DNA from: Nitrospirota bacterium
GTDB lineage: Bacteria > Nitrospirota > Thermodesulfovibrionia > Thermodesulfovibrionales > Dissulfurispiraceae
Length of the DNA stretch: 64,000 nucleotides
Reading direction: 5' to 3'
Assembly (NCBI GenBank): GCA_963710375.1
Contig: CAVPZX010000004.1
Coordinates: 265,242-329,241 of the forward strand
Position 1 is the first letter of the stretch, and every line of letters begins with the position of its first letter. A program made the position numbers and the translations under genes. The notes beneath the pieces were generated by a model. The model had not been told where the DNA came from, searched no databases, and worked only from the letters and a program-made list of their open reading frames with translations. Below are positions 18,094 to 27,954 of the stretch, in pieces.

Positions 18094-19218
18094 ATGGCCC
18101 TCGTAATAGGTGTTCCAAAAGAGACGGTTAAGGGTGAGAATCGTGTTTCGGTCGTGCCTGAGGTTGCTAAGAAATTCAGGGCGCTGGGGGCGGATTTATG
18201 TATAGAGACCGGCGCCGGTGCCGGGAGCAGTTTCCGGGATGAGGATTTCGGGGAGGTGGATATTGCTGCAGATGCTTCCGAGGTACATGCCAAATCCCAG
18301 GTCATCTTCAAGGTGCAGGCGCCTGCCTATGACGAAATTCGTGCGATGCACCAGGGCAGTATATTGATCGCTTTCCTCCGTCCCTTTGAGGACCCGGAAC
18401 GTGCAAAACTATTATGTGATAGGAATATCACCAGCTTTGCCGTCGAAATGGTTCCGCGCATTTCCCGCGCACAGAGCATGGACGCGCTCAGCTCACAGGC
18501 TACGGTGGCAGGTTATCTCTGTGCAATTATAGCTGCCGGGAAATGCCCGAAATTTTTTCCCATGATAACGTCAGCCGCAGGAACCCTGCGGCCGGCCCGG
18601 GTTCTGGTAATAGGCGTAGGGGTTGCAGGGCTGCAGGCGATAGCGACTGCCCACCGCCTCGGTGCGATTGTTGAAGCCTATGACGTGCGCCCTGAAACCA
18701 GGGAACAGGCTGAATCGGTCGGCGCAAGATTCATAGACACCGGTGTGTCTGCGAGCGGCGCCGGCGGGTATGCGAGGGAACTGACAGCAGAAGAAAGAAA
18801 GCTCCAGAACGAAAAGCTAGCAAAGGCTATTTCCCAGGTGGACGTACTGATCACCACGGCTGCCTTGCCCGGCAAAAAAAGCCCCCTTATCGTAACCAGT
18901 GAGATGGTGGCAGGGATGAAATGGGGCGCTATCGTTGTGGATATGGCTTCGGAAGGGGGTGGCAATGTCGCAGGTACACGGGCAGGCGAGACTGTGGTCA
19001 TTGGCGGTGTCACCATCCTTGGTCCCGTCAACCTGCCATCACTCATGCCGGTCCATGCCTCGGAAATGTATTCCAGGAACCTGTTTAATTTTTTATCCCC
19101 TCATATTAAAGACGGCGCAATTAGCCTCGACTGGAGCGACGAGATCATTGCCGGAACCGTCTTTACACGTGGGGGAGAGATTCGAAATGAAAGCGTTAAA
19201 AGGGCATTGGGACTTTAA
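18094..19218 (+). CDS. pntA: NAD(P) transhydrogenase alpha subunit part 1
   Basis: GVPKE...ENRV, PRISRAQSMDALSSQ, GVGVAGLQAI. Confidence 0.96.
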   Translation: MALVIGVPKETVKGENRVSVVPEVAKKFRALGADLCIETGAGAGSSFRDEDFGEVDIAADASEVHAKSQVIFKVQAPAYDEIRAMHQGSILIAFLRPFEDPERAKLLCDRNITSFAVEMVPRISRAQSMDALSSQATVAGYLCAIIAAGKCPKFFPMITSAAGTLRPARVLVIGVGVAGLQAIATAHRLGAIVEAYDVRPETREQAESVGARFIDTGVSASGAGGYARELTAEERKLQNEKLAKAISQVDVLITTAALPGKKSPLIVTSEMVAGMKWGAIVVDMASEGGGNVAGTRAGETVVIGGVTILGPVNLPSLMPVHASEMYSRNLFNFLSPHIKDGAISLDWSDEIIAGTVFTRGGEIRNESVKRALGL

Positions 19219-19221
19219 AAG

Positions 19222-19521
19222 ATGGAAGGTTTTGTCGCACTCTATATAATTATGCTGGCTGCGTTTACCGGCTATGAAGTGATTTCGAGGGTACCCGTAA
19301 TACTTCACACGCCTCTTATGTCCGGCTCGAATTTCGTGCATGGCGTGGTGCTGGTGGGCGCGATGGTCGCACTGGGACAGGCACATACGCCATTTGAGCA
19401 GGCAATAGGCTTTTTTGCGGTCCTGCTCGGGGCGGCAAATGCGGTAGGGGGTTACGTGGTCACGGAACGTATGCTCGCAATGTTTAAAAGTGAAAAGAAC
19501 AAGGCTTCTGCAAAAAAGTGA
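19222..19521 (+). CDS. pntA: NAD(P) transhydrogenase alpha subunit part 2
   Basis: VPVILHTPLMSGSN, GGYVVTERMLAMF. Confidence 0.95.
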   Translation: MEGFVALYIIMLAAFTGYEVISRVPVILHTPLMSGSNFVHGVVLVGAMVALGQAHTPFEQAIGFFAVLLGAANAVGGYVVTERMLAMFKSEKNKASAKK

Positions 19522-19564
19522 AAATGATTAATACGCATTTTGCAAGTTCCGCGAAAGTTGCCCT

Positions 19565-20938
19565 ATGACCAGGGAAATCGTAATCAATTCGAGCTACTTT
19601 GTCGTAGCACTCTTGTTTATACTGGGGCTCAAGGGCATGTCGTCTCCCGTGACCGCCCGGCGGGGAATAATTTGGGCCGGCGCCGGAATGGTGCTCGCGA
19701 CCTTGGTTACCTTTGCATGGCCCGCCATGAGCAATTATGCCCTGATGATAATTGCTCTGGTCCTTGGCGGCAGCATTTCATGGTGGTCGGGCAGGGTGGT
19801 CAAAATGACAGATATGCCTCAGATGGTTGCGCTCTTTAACGGCATGGGTGGAGGCTCAGCAGCAGCAATCGCGGCAATAGAACTCGCCCGGGGCGAAACA
19901 CACAGCACGGGAGTTATGGTTCTTGCTACTCTGGGAGCCATGATCGGTTCGGCAGCCTTCTCCGGCAGCTGCATTGCTTTTGCCAAGCTGCAGGGCATCT
20001 TAAGGAAAACGGTGCGCCTGCCCGGACAAAATGCAGTGAATGTCACTCTTGCGGTGCTTACGATTATTGCGGCTATCCATGTAATTGTTTCCGGTACTGC
20101 CGCAGGCATAGCTGTTTTTTTCAGTCTCGCTCTGTTGCTGGGCGTGATAATCACTATTCCCATCGGTGGGGCTGACATGCCCGTTGTGATTTCTCTCTTA
20201 AATGCCTTGACGGGTCTCGCAGTAGGCTTTGAAGGTCACGTGCTGAACAACCCGGCTATGATGATTGCCGGCATTGTGGTTGGCGCCGCAGGCTCGCTCC
20301 TTACACACCTCATGGCCAAGGCTATGAACCGGTCGATCTTCAATGTGTTTTTTAAGCCAATTACAGGCGGGGTACAAGTGGGGGGCGCAGGGATAACCGG
20401 GACAATGAAAGAACTCTCCGCATTGGATGCAGCGGCCATGCTGCGCTATGCACGGAAAGTGATAATCGTCCCCGGTTACGGCATGGCTGTGGGACAGGCT
20501 CAGCACAAGATCAAGGAAATGACCGACCTGCTGGAAGAGGCGGGAGTCGAAGTAAAATTCGCTATCCATCCAGTCGCGGGGCGCATGCCCGGGCACATGA
20601 ATGTGCTTCTGGCTGAAGCAAACGTCCCTTATGAAAAGATCTTTGACCTGGAGGAGATCAATGAGGAGTTTTCACAAACTGATGTGGCTGTCGTAATCGG
20701 GGCCAATGATGTTGTGAATCCTGCGGCGCGTACAGAAAGTTCCAGTCCGATTTACGGCATGCCGATCCTGAACGCCGACCATGCGCGGAATGTAATAGTG
20801 ATCAAGCGCGGCAAGGGCGCAGGCTATTCCGGGATCGAGAACCCGCTCTTCTATGGCGAAAATACGCGCATGCTCTACGGCAACGCTCAGGCGGTAGTAA
20901 GCGAGCTCATAAAAGATTTAAAGGAACTAATATCCTGA
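19565..20938 (+). CDS. pntB: NAD(P) transhydrogenase beta subunit
   Basis: IGGADMPVVISLLN, HPVAGRMPGHMNVLLAEA, GANDVVNPAA. Confidence 0.97.
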   Translation: MTREIVINSSYFVVALLFILGLKGMSSPVTARRGIIWAGAGMVLATLVTFAWPAMSNYALMIIALVLGGSISWWSGRVVKMTDMPQMVALFNGMGGGSAAAIAAIELARGETHSTGVMVLATLGAMIGSAAFSGSCIAFAKLQGILRKTVRLPGQNAVNVTLAVLTIIAAIHVIVSGTAAGIAVFFSLALLLGVIITIPIGGADMPVVISLLNALTGLAVGFEGHVLNNPAMMIAGIVVGAAGSLLTHLMAKAMNRSIFNVFFKPITGGVQVGGAGITGTMKELSALDAAAMLRYARKVIIVPGYGMAVGQAQHKIKEMTDLLEEAGVEVKFAIHPVAGRMPGHMNVLLAEANVPYEKIFDLEEINEEFSQTDVAVVIGANDVVNPAARTESSSPIYGMPILNADHARNVIVIKRGKGAGYSGIENPLFYGENTRMLYGNAQAVVSELIKDLKELIS

Positions 20939-20943
20939 CAGTA

Positions 20944-20999
20944 TTGACAACCTCCACACCGCTGCTATAAAGTAACAGATGTAAGTAAGCGCTTACATC
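20944..20999 (+). promoter_or_regulatory. Sigma70-like promoter and TetR-type operator
   Basis: TTGACA-16-TATAAA (20944-20971); palindrome GATGTAAG-N6-CTTACATC (20978-20999). Confidence 0.7.
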
Positions 21000-21066
21000 A
21001 GAATTTGCAGCAACCACTGCTGACCCGGACGTCATAGACTCTTTGGGTGTAAAGGAAGATCAGAGT

Positions 21067-21666
21067 ATGCACCAGGCGGAAGAACTGCACCCGACTAGGG
21101 ACAAAATACTTGAAACTGCTTTAAGACTCTTTTCCAACGAAGGCTATCTCGGCGCGACTACACGAAGGATTGCCGGAGAGGCCGGCGTTGCCGAGGTTAC
21201 GCTTTTCAGATATTTCCCTTCGAAAGAAAAACTTTTTGAGGAAACTTTAAAAACATATTCATTTCTGCCCGAACTGCGGGGGCTTTTGCCTGAAATCATG
21301 GGAATGCCGTATGAGAGCGCTTTGGCAGTGATCGCAAAGAGATTCTTTGAAGCTCTTATGCGCCGTAAGGATATCATCAAGATTGTTCATGCGGAGTTGC
21401 ATCGTTATCCTGAAAAAATACACAAGATCCAACATTCATTCAGCGATGAAGTACACAAAGTACTCGCGTTGTATTTTTCGGAGATGCAGAAAAAAGGTGT
21501 GCTGAGGGAATTCGATGCCGAGTATGCTGCCAGGGCTTTTTTCGGCATGTTCTACTCCTATTTTCATGCAGAGGAGTTCCTGATGCGCAAGAGATACAGG
21601 TCATTCGGACTCGATGCTACGATCTCCGCGTATGTAGATATCTTTGCAAGGGGGACGGTGAAATGA
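21067..21666 (+). CDS. TetR/AcrR-family regulator
   Basis: TRDKILETALRLF...TTRRIAGEAGVAEVTLFRYFPSKEKLF. Confidence 0.94.
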   Translation: MHQAEELHPTRDKILETALRLFSNEGYLGATTRRIAGEAGVAEVTLFRYFPSKEKLFEETLKTYSFLPELRGLLPEIMGMPYESALAVIAKRFFEALMRRKDIIKIVHAELHRYPEKIHKIQHSFSDEVHKVLALYFSEMQKKGVLREFDAEYAARAFFGMFYSYFHAEEFLMRKRYRSFGLDATISAYVDIFARGTVK

Positions 21667-23021
21667 GTCAGGGCCCGCGAGGAAGCATAGCATACGGCAC
21701 ATTTTTGTTGATTTTTTACCTCTGCGGAATTCTGCTGCCGGTCCTTTGCCATGCAGAAGCCCCTGGCGGACCAGAAGGCCATCAGGCAGTAATGACACTG
21801 AGTCAGGGTCTCAAACTCGCTGCGGAAAACAGCCGGCTTGTAAAGATAGCCTTGCGCGGCAGGGATGTTTCATCGGCAGATGTTTCTATTGCGTTTTCGC
21901 GGTATCTGCCCAGCATCAATGCCACAATGGGCCAGACATTCCTTGCACACCAGGTCATCGGCATCTTGGACGGCCTGACAGCGCCTGAGGCGGATAGGAA
22001 TTACCGGTCTTATGGTGTTGGCGTGCATGAGGATTTGTATGATTTTGGTGCGCGGTCATCACGATACAAGGCTGCCTCTACTGCTCTTGATATGGCGAAG
22101 CTGAACATAGACAAAGTAAAGAACATCGTGGCCCTTGATTTTATTATTGCCTACTTTGATCTCCTTGAGACTGAAAAGATGGAACTGGTCGGGGAGCGGG
22201 AGGTTGAGCGGCTGGTATCGCACCTGTCAATGGCACAGAACCTTTACAAGGAAGGAGTCATTACGAGGAACGATCTCCTGCAGGCAGAGGTCCGGCTTTC
22301 AGATGCTCAGCAGCGCCTTCTGACTACAACAAACATGAGGGAGGTCAATGCCTCCAGGATCAATAATATTTTGTCTTTGCCTCTGAAGAATCCTGTAAAG
22401 GTAGCGGATGTGGCCGGTGAACCCCGATACGAGGCCGACATTGATAAGGCATGGAGCATTGCTGAAAAACAACGCATTGAGCTGAAAACCATTGATAGCG
22501 AACTAAAGATCAACAATCTGGAAAGGACCGCCAGGTGGTCTGAATACTTTCCTAAATTTTTTGCCGAGGGCGGATACAACTACACTGAAAACCACTATTT
22601 GGTGCATGACGACAATTGGACGTTCATGCTGGGTCTGAATTTCAATATTTTTGATGGAGGAAGCACAAAGGCCGAGGTTGCGAAAATAGATTACCAAAGG
22701 GAGCAGCTTTTAGAGCAGCGCCAGAAGCTTGTCGACGATATAAAACTTGATGTTGAAAAAAGCTGGCTTGACATGCAAAACGCCGCTGAGCGTATTAAGG
22801 TGAACAGGGATGCTGTTAAGCAGGGCGAAGAGAACCTTAAAATCAACAAGCAGCGTTACCGTGAAGGGGTCGGCACGGCGACGGACGTGCTTGATGCCAT
22901 AACGCTGCTCACAATTGCCGAAACCAATGCCTGCCGTGCGGAATATGAACTCAGGCGGGCTCAGGGGGCCTTTATGTATGCGACAGGCATGGACCTGGTT
23001 TCCGAATACAGAAGGGATTAA
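21663..23021 (+). CDS. TolC-family outer membrane protein
   Basis: OEP repeats; YREGVGTATDVLDA. Confidence 0.9.
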   Translation: MSQGPRGSIAYGTFLLIFYLCGILLPVLCHAEAPGGPEGHQAVMTLSQGLKLAAENSRLVKIALRGRDVSSADVSIAFSRYLPSINATMGQTFLAHQVIGILDGLTAPEADRNYRSYGVGVHEDLYDFGARSSRYKAASTALDMAKLNIDKVKNIVALDFIIAYFDLLETEKMELVGEREVERLVSHLSMAQNLYKEGVITRNDLLQAEVRLSDAQQRLLTTTNMREVNASRINNILSLPLKNPVKVADVAGEPRYEADIDKAWSIAEKQRIELKTIDSELKINNLERTARWSEYFPKFFAEGGYNYTENHYLVHDDNWTFMLGLNFNIFDGGSTKAEVAKIDYQREQLLEQRQKLVDDIKLDVEKSWLDMQNAAERIKVNRDAVKQGEENLKINKQRYREGVGTATDVLDAITLLTIAETNACRAEYELRRAQGAFMYATGMDLVSEYRRD

Positions 23022-23023
23022 AA

Positions 23024-24343
23024 ATGAATAAAGTTGTCATGAGCATTGTTATCGGAGCAGTCCTGGCAACAGTTCCGTTTCCAGATAAATCCCTTGGTGC
23101 TCAGCGTGAAGAAATAATCAAAGCAGGTGAGCAACTCACTCTCGACCGCTGTATCCAGATCGCACTTCTCAACCAGCCTTCTATTGTTGCCGCTTATTAT
23201 ACAGTTGAGGCGAACCGGAGCAGAGTAGGCGAAGCGCAGGCAAATTATTACCCGCAGTTGGGGGCATCGAGCGCCATCAGCAGGTACTCGTCTCCGGGCG
23301 TCTTAACACAGGTCAATAACACATTCTTTGGCACCGGGAACTTCAACCAGATCACGAGTGGTTTTACTCTCTCTCAGAATATATATGATTTTGGAAAGAC
23401 CTCTTCACAGGTAAAAATTCAAAAGATTAATCTTGATTCGGCCGGGGCCGACCTGGAGACGAGTAAAGATCAGATAGTTTTAAACGTGAAGCAGGCTTAC
23501 TACGCGGTGATCCAGGCTGCCAGAAACAGGGCGGTTGCAGATGAATCAGTGGGACAGTACAGGCAGCATCTTGATCAGGCAAAGGGTTTTTTTGATGTCG
23601 GCACCAAGCCTAGATATGACGTAATAACAGCCGAAGTGAATTTGAGCAATGCGAAACTGAACCTCATCACTGCGGACAATGCACTCAAGATAGCCCGGGT
23701 GAACCTGAACAATGCCATGGGAGTTCCCGATGCTCCGGTATATACCGTTGAGGATTCGCTTGCATTCATTAAATACAAGATAACGCTCGATGACGCGCTT
23801 TCCAAGGCTATGGCTAACAGACCAGACATCAAATCACTCGCCTTGCGGAGGAGAGCAGTTGAAGAAAGCGTCCAACTGGCAAAAACAGGATATTATCCTG
23901 CATTGACCGGCAGTACATCCTATAACTGGCAGGGAGGAACAGGGCTTCGCCTCGAGAGCGAGTGGAACGTGGGTGTCACCCTCTCGTTTCCCATTTTCAG
24001 CGGTTTTCTGACAAAACACCAGGAGGAGGAGGCGGTGTCGAACTTAAATGTAGCCCGGGCCAACGAGGAGGCGCTCAGACAGAGCGTTGTTCTCGACGTG
24101 CAGCAGTCATACCTGAACCTGAAGCAGGCGGAAGACAGTATTGCTACTGCCGATCTTGCTGTCAAGCAGGCCACTGAGAACCTTGACATTGCCAACGGCC
24201 GTTATGCAGCCGGAGTAGGAAATCCTATCGAAGTGACGGATGCCCAGGTAACATACAGCAATGCAAAATTGGCATATATCCAGGCGTTGACCAATTATAA
24301 TGACGCACATGCAAGCCTGTTGAAAGCGATGGGGGAGAGATGA
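23024..24343 (+). CDS. TolC-family outer membrane protein
   Basis: OEP repeats; RYAAGVGNPIEVTDAQ. Confidence 0.9.
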   Translation: MNKVVMSIVIGAVLATVPFPDKSLGAQREEIIKAGEQLTLDRCIQIALLNQPSIVAAYYTVEANRSRVGEAQANYYPQLGASSAISRYSSPGVLTQVNNTFFGTGNFNQITSGFTLSQNIYDFGKTSSQVKIQKINLDSAGADLETSKDQIVLNVKQAYYAVIQAARNRAVADESVGQYRQHLDQAKGFFDVGTKPRYDVITAEVNLSNAKLNLITADNALKIARVNLNNAMGVPDAPVYTVEDSLAFIKYKITLDDALSKAMANRPDIKSLALRRRAVEESVQLAKTGYYPALTGSTSYNWQGGTGLRLESEWNVGVTLSFPIFSGFLTKHQEEEAVSNLNVARANEEALRQSVVLDVQQSYLNLKQAEDSIATADLAVKQATENLDIANGRYAAGVGNPIEVTDAQVTYSNAKLAYIQALTNYNDAHASLLKAMGER

Positions 24344-25446
24344 GTATGGAAGAGAATGAGGCTGTAAATAATAAGCAGGTCAGTAAGAAGAAGATCGCAT
24401 TGGCTGTCTTTGCTGTTCTCGGTGTGCTTGGCGCTATAGTGCTTTATTTTTATCTAAGCTATAAAGCGACCCATATAACCACCGACGATGCCTTTATAGA
24501 TGGCCACATTCATACTATTGCGGCAAAGATATCCGGAACGGTAAAGGACGTATTTGTCGATGATAACCAGCGGGTCAAAAAGGGAGACCAGCTTGTTGAA
24601 ATAGATCCTGTGGACTATGCGGTGAGGGTAAATGAAACATCGTCGAGCCTTGGTGCGGAGAGGGCAAAGATTGCTGAAATAGCGGCGAGAGTTGAGGCGG
24701 CAAAACAGCAGCTGGCCGAACTCAGGGCTGGTGTCGATGCTGCGCGTGCGAACCTGGAACTGCAGGAAGCTGACCTCGGGCAGGCTGAACGGGACGCAAA
24801 ACGGGCAGCAGCCCTCTTTGCCACAGATACGTTTTCAAGGGAACAGTACGAGAAGGCAACGACTGCATATGACGTGTCGGTGGCACGGGTTAAGGCGTCG
24901 CGCGAGCAGTTTCGCCAGGCGCAACTGGCGGTTGAGACACAAAAGGCTGTGGTTCGGCAGATTGAATCAAGCGGCGTGTCGCAACAATCTACTGTCAAGC
25001 AAAAAGCCGCACAACTTGATACGGCTGAGCTCAATTACGGATACACGAAAATTTATGCTCCGGCAGACGGCTACGTTACCAAAAAGTCAGTGGAGCGAGG
25101 CAACCAGGTCGAGGCCGGCCAGCCGCTGATGGCGGTCACCGAGCTTAGCGATATATGGGTGGTTGCAAACTATAAGGAAACAGAACTTAAGAAGATAAGG
25201 CCTTCGCAGAAAGTGAACATAAAGGTAGACACCTATCCTGGCAAAGTGTTCATGGGAAAGGTGGATAGCATAATGGCGGGGACCGGGGTTGTGTTCTCAC
25301 TTTTCCCTCCCGAGAATGCCACCGGCCAGTATGTGAAAGTGGTGCAGAGAGTGCCGGTCAAGATAGTCCTTGACAAGGATACCGATGCCGGGCATGTCCT
25401 GCGCATCGGGATGTCGGTTGTACCTACGGTAATAGTCGGGAAATGA
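24340..25446 (+). CDS. emrA: EmrA/HlyD-family membrane fusion protein
   Basis: TTDDAFIDG, FSLFPPENATGQYVKVVQRVPVKI. Confidence 0.93.
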   Translation: MSMEENEAVNNKQVSKKKIALAVFAVLGVLGAIVLYFYLSYKATHITTDDAFIDGHIHTIAAKISGTVKDVFVDDNQRVKKGDQLVEIDPVDYAVRVNETSSSLGAERAKIAEIAARVEAAKQQLAELRAGVDAARANLELQEADLGQAERDAKRAAALFATDTFSREQYEKATTAYDVSVARVKASREQFRQAQLAVETQKAVVRQIESSGVSQQSTVKQKAAQLDTAELNYGYTKIYAPADGYVTKKSVERGNQVEAGQPLMAVTELSDIWVVANYKETELKKIRPSQKVNIKVDTYPGKVFMGKVDSIMAGTGVVFSLFPPENATGQYVKVVQRVPVKIVLDKDTDAGHVLRIGMSVVPTVIVGK

Positions 25447-26978
25447 ACAAATGGACCAAATGGATCATAGCCGTAACCGTTATGCTCCCGACTCTCATAG
25501 AGATCGTGGATACCTCGGTCGTCAATGTGTCTCTCGCCCATATAAGGGGGAGTCTGTCCGCGGGCCTCGATGAGTCAACCTGGACAATTACTTCCTACCT
25601 GGTATCCAACGCTATCATCATTCCCATCACCGGCTGGTTGAGCAAGGTCTTTGGCAGGAAGCGGTATCTTATCTTTTCTATTGTTCTCTTTACTATAAGT
25701 TCATTTTTCTGCGGTACAGCATGGAGTCTCGCGAGCCTTGTTGTTTTTAGAATTTTTCAGGGCATCGGAGGAGGGGCGTTGCAGCCCATCTCCCAATCTA
25801 TCCTTCTCGAGTCTTTTCCGCCAAGGGAGCATGGAATGGCAATGGCGGTATTCGGGGTCGGCATCATGTTCGGCCCGATTGTCGGGCCGCTTCTAGGCGG
25901 ATGGATCACCGACAACTGGTCCTGGCGATGGATCTTTTATATCAATATCCCGATCGGCATGATATCGGTGCTTATGGCCATGTTGTTTATTACAGATCCG
26001 CCCTACATGAAGCGGGTGGCAATGAGGATAGATTACTGGGGGCTCATGCTTCTCGCTACAGGGCTCGGCTGCCTTCAGATGGTCCTCGACAAAGGGCAGC
26101 GGGAGAACTGGTTCGCATCAAGCTTTATTTTCTGGCTGAGTGTCATTTCAGCAGTTGCCCTTTTATTGTTCATTATCGTGGAGTTTTTTGCAGAGCACCC
26201 GGTTGTTGATCTCAGGGCATTAAAGAATATCCCTTTCAGCACCGGAAACGTAGTTATGTTTTTTACTTTCTTCAGTCTTTTTGGAAGTATTATCCTCCTG
26301 CCTGTTTATTTGCAGACACTAATGGGATATACTTCAACGCTTGCCGGAATGGTGCTGGGACCCGGTGGTCTTGCGACGTTGATAGCCATGCCTTTGGCAG
26401 GGAGGTTGGTGACTCGGGTAAACCCAAAAGGACTTTTAGCTCTCGGCCTGGCCATCTGCGCCTACGCTACATTTCTTATGTCCCAATTTGACCTGTATGC
26501 TGATTTCAATACACTCATCTGGCCGAGGATAGTCCTCGGCGTCGGCATGGGGTTGCTATTCATACCGCTTACCACACTTACACTCTCAACAGTCAAAAAG
26601 GAAGCTATGGGAAATGCGACCGGTATATACAACCTTTTAAGAAACCTCGGGGGAAGTTTTGGAGTAGCTTTTGTAACAACCATGCTTGAGCGGCGTGAAC
26701 AATTCCATCAGTCAAGGCTTGTTGAATACCTTACACCATTTGACAGGAACTACCGGTTTGCGCTGGAGCATTCCTCCCGCATATTGCATTATAAGGGGCT
26801 GGAACCTTTATCTAAGCAGGCCGGGCAGTCTTTGATTTACGGGGAGTTGCTCAGGCAGGCCTCTATGCTGTCATTCAATGATGTTTTCCGCGCAGTCAGT
26901 ACGATTGTGATTTGTGTGCTTCCGCTGGTGCTGCTCATGAGGCGTGGTAAAACCGACGCACCCGCAGGTATGCATTAG
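25443..26978 (+). CDS. emrB: DHA2-family MFS efflux pump (EmrB/QacA)
   Basis: DTSVVNVSL, TWTITSYLVS, GPLLGGWITDNWSWRWIFYINIP. Confidence 0.94.
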   Translation: MNKWTKWIIAVTVMLPTLIEIVDTSVVNVSLAHIRGSLSAGLDESTWTITSYLVSNAIIIPITGWLSKVFGRKRYLIFSIVLFTISSFFCGTAWSLASLVVFRIFQGIGGGALQPISQSILLESFPPREHGMAMAVFGVGIMFGPIVGPLLGGWITDNWSWRWIFYINIPIGMISVLMAMLFITDPPYMKRVAMRIDYWGLMLLATGLGCLQMVLDKGQRENWFASSFIFWLSVISAVALLLFIIVEFFAEHPVVDLRALKNIPFSTGNVVMFFTFFSLFGSIILLPVYLQTLMGYTSTLAGMVLGPGGLATLIAMPLAGRLVTRVNPKGLLALGLAICAYATFLMSQFDLYADFNTLIWPRIVLGVGMGLLFIPLTTLTLSTVKKEAMGNATGIYNLLRNLGGSFGVAFVTTMLERREQFHQSRLVEYLTPFDRNYRFALEHSSRILHYKGLEPLSKQAGQSLIYGELLRQASMLSFNDVFRAVSTIVICVLPLVLLMRRGKTDAPAGMH

Positions 26979-27328
26979 GAGTCTTTATCTTTAAGGTTTT
27001 GCAGAAGTTCCATCGCTGATTTGCAGTAGCACACACCTGAGGGGAGTTTGCAGTTCCCTTCCTTTTTTTGCCTGACCGGCTCAGCAGGATGTTCGATAAG
27101 CGCCAGCTTGTCGCACACATCTTCGAAAAGAAATAAAAACTCCTCAGGAAATTTTCTTTTTTCCGATGCATGGGCACTTTCAAATTCTATGAAGCCATCG
27201 ATGATGGCTTGAGCGGTCCTTGAAAAAGCTACGCAGTTGCCGCAAAGAGGATCGTTTCCCTGGTTTACAATTGTTCCTACAGCAAAATGAAATCCCCTAA
27301 GTCGATTGATGGTGCGCTCATGGTTCAT
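26975..27328 (-). CDS. Cys-rich hypothetical protein (117 aa)
   Basis: AAGGAG RBS before MNHERT; motifs CGNC and CKLPSGVCYC. Confidence 0.65.
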   Translation of the reverse strand: MNHERTINRLRGFHFAVGTIVNQGNDPLCGNCVAFSRTAQAIIDGFIEFESAHASEKRKFPEEFLFLFEDVCDKLALIEHPAEPVRQKKEGNCKLPSGVCYCKSAMELLQNLKDKDS

Positions 27329-27659
27329 TGCCGGCTCCTTTCCTGTGTTTTTGCGAAATGTTTCGACAGACAGCAGTACGCAGCAAGTAGTCAGCAGCCA
27401 ACTGCTTAAAACACGACTTAATTCGTGGTCTTTCCTCTTTACTAAATGCTGCCTCTTCCCGCTTTTATTATACAAAATAATTCCAGATAAAATCATATAG
27501 GCGAATTGCCTTATCAAGAATCTGGAGGAAAATTAAAGGAATTCATCATAACTTAACACTACTGCAATACTGCTGAAATGAGGTTGTGAGATCATATTAG
27601 CAGATGTCTGGTTATTCAAATCACTTAATCCGGCAAATCCCAAATGCAAGGAGGGCAAA

Positions 27660-27848
27660 ATGGATCTCGAACAATTCATCGAAACGTTGTCAGAGGAGGA
27701 AAAGCAGCGACATAAGGACCTGATCGAAGAATGCAGGTTGAGGACAGAGGAAACCAGAAAAAGTTGCAGCAGCTTTTATGAACGCTTTACAAATATGTCA
27801 ATTATTTATTCGCGAGCACTCAGTCTGATAGAAACAAGATGGATTTAA
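27660..27848 (+). CDS. Small hypothetical protein
   Basis: AAGGAGG RBS; 62-aa ORF. Confidence 0.5.
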   Translation: MDLEQFIETLSEEEKQRHKDLIEECRLRTEETRKSCSSFYERFTNMSIIYSRALSLIETRWI

Positions 27849-27862
27849 TAATTAAAAATTCT

Positions 27863-27936
27863 TTTAACAAACATGTAATGCGCCTGTAACTTTATTGAAA
27901 TATCATTTGTGCAATCATGTGTATAGATGTTTAGAC
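27863..27936 (+). promoter_or_regulatory. Pho-box-like 11-bp periodic repeats and a HutC/PhnF-type operator
   Basis: TTTAAC/TGTAAT/TGTAAC at 27863, 27874, 27885; GTTTAGAC (GT-N-TA-N-AC) at 27929-27936. Confidence 0.5.
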
Positions 27937-27954
27937 AACACCTGGGAGACACTC

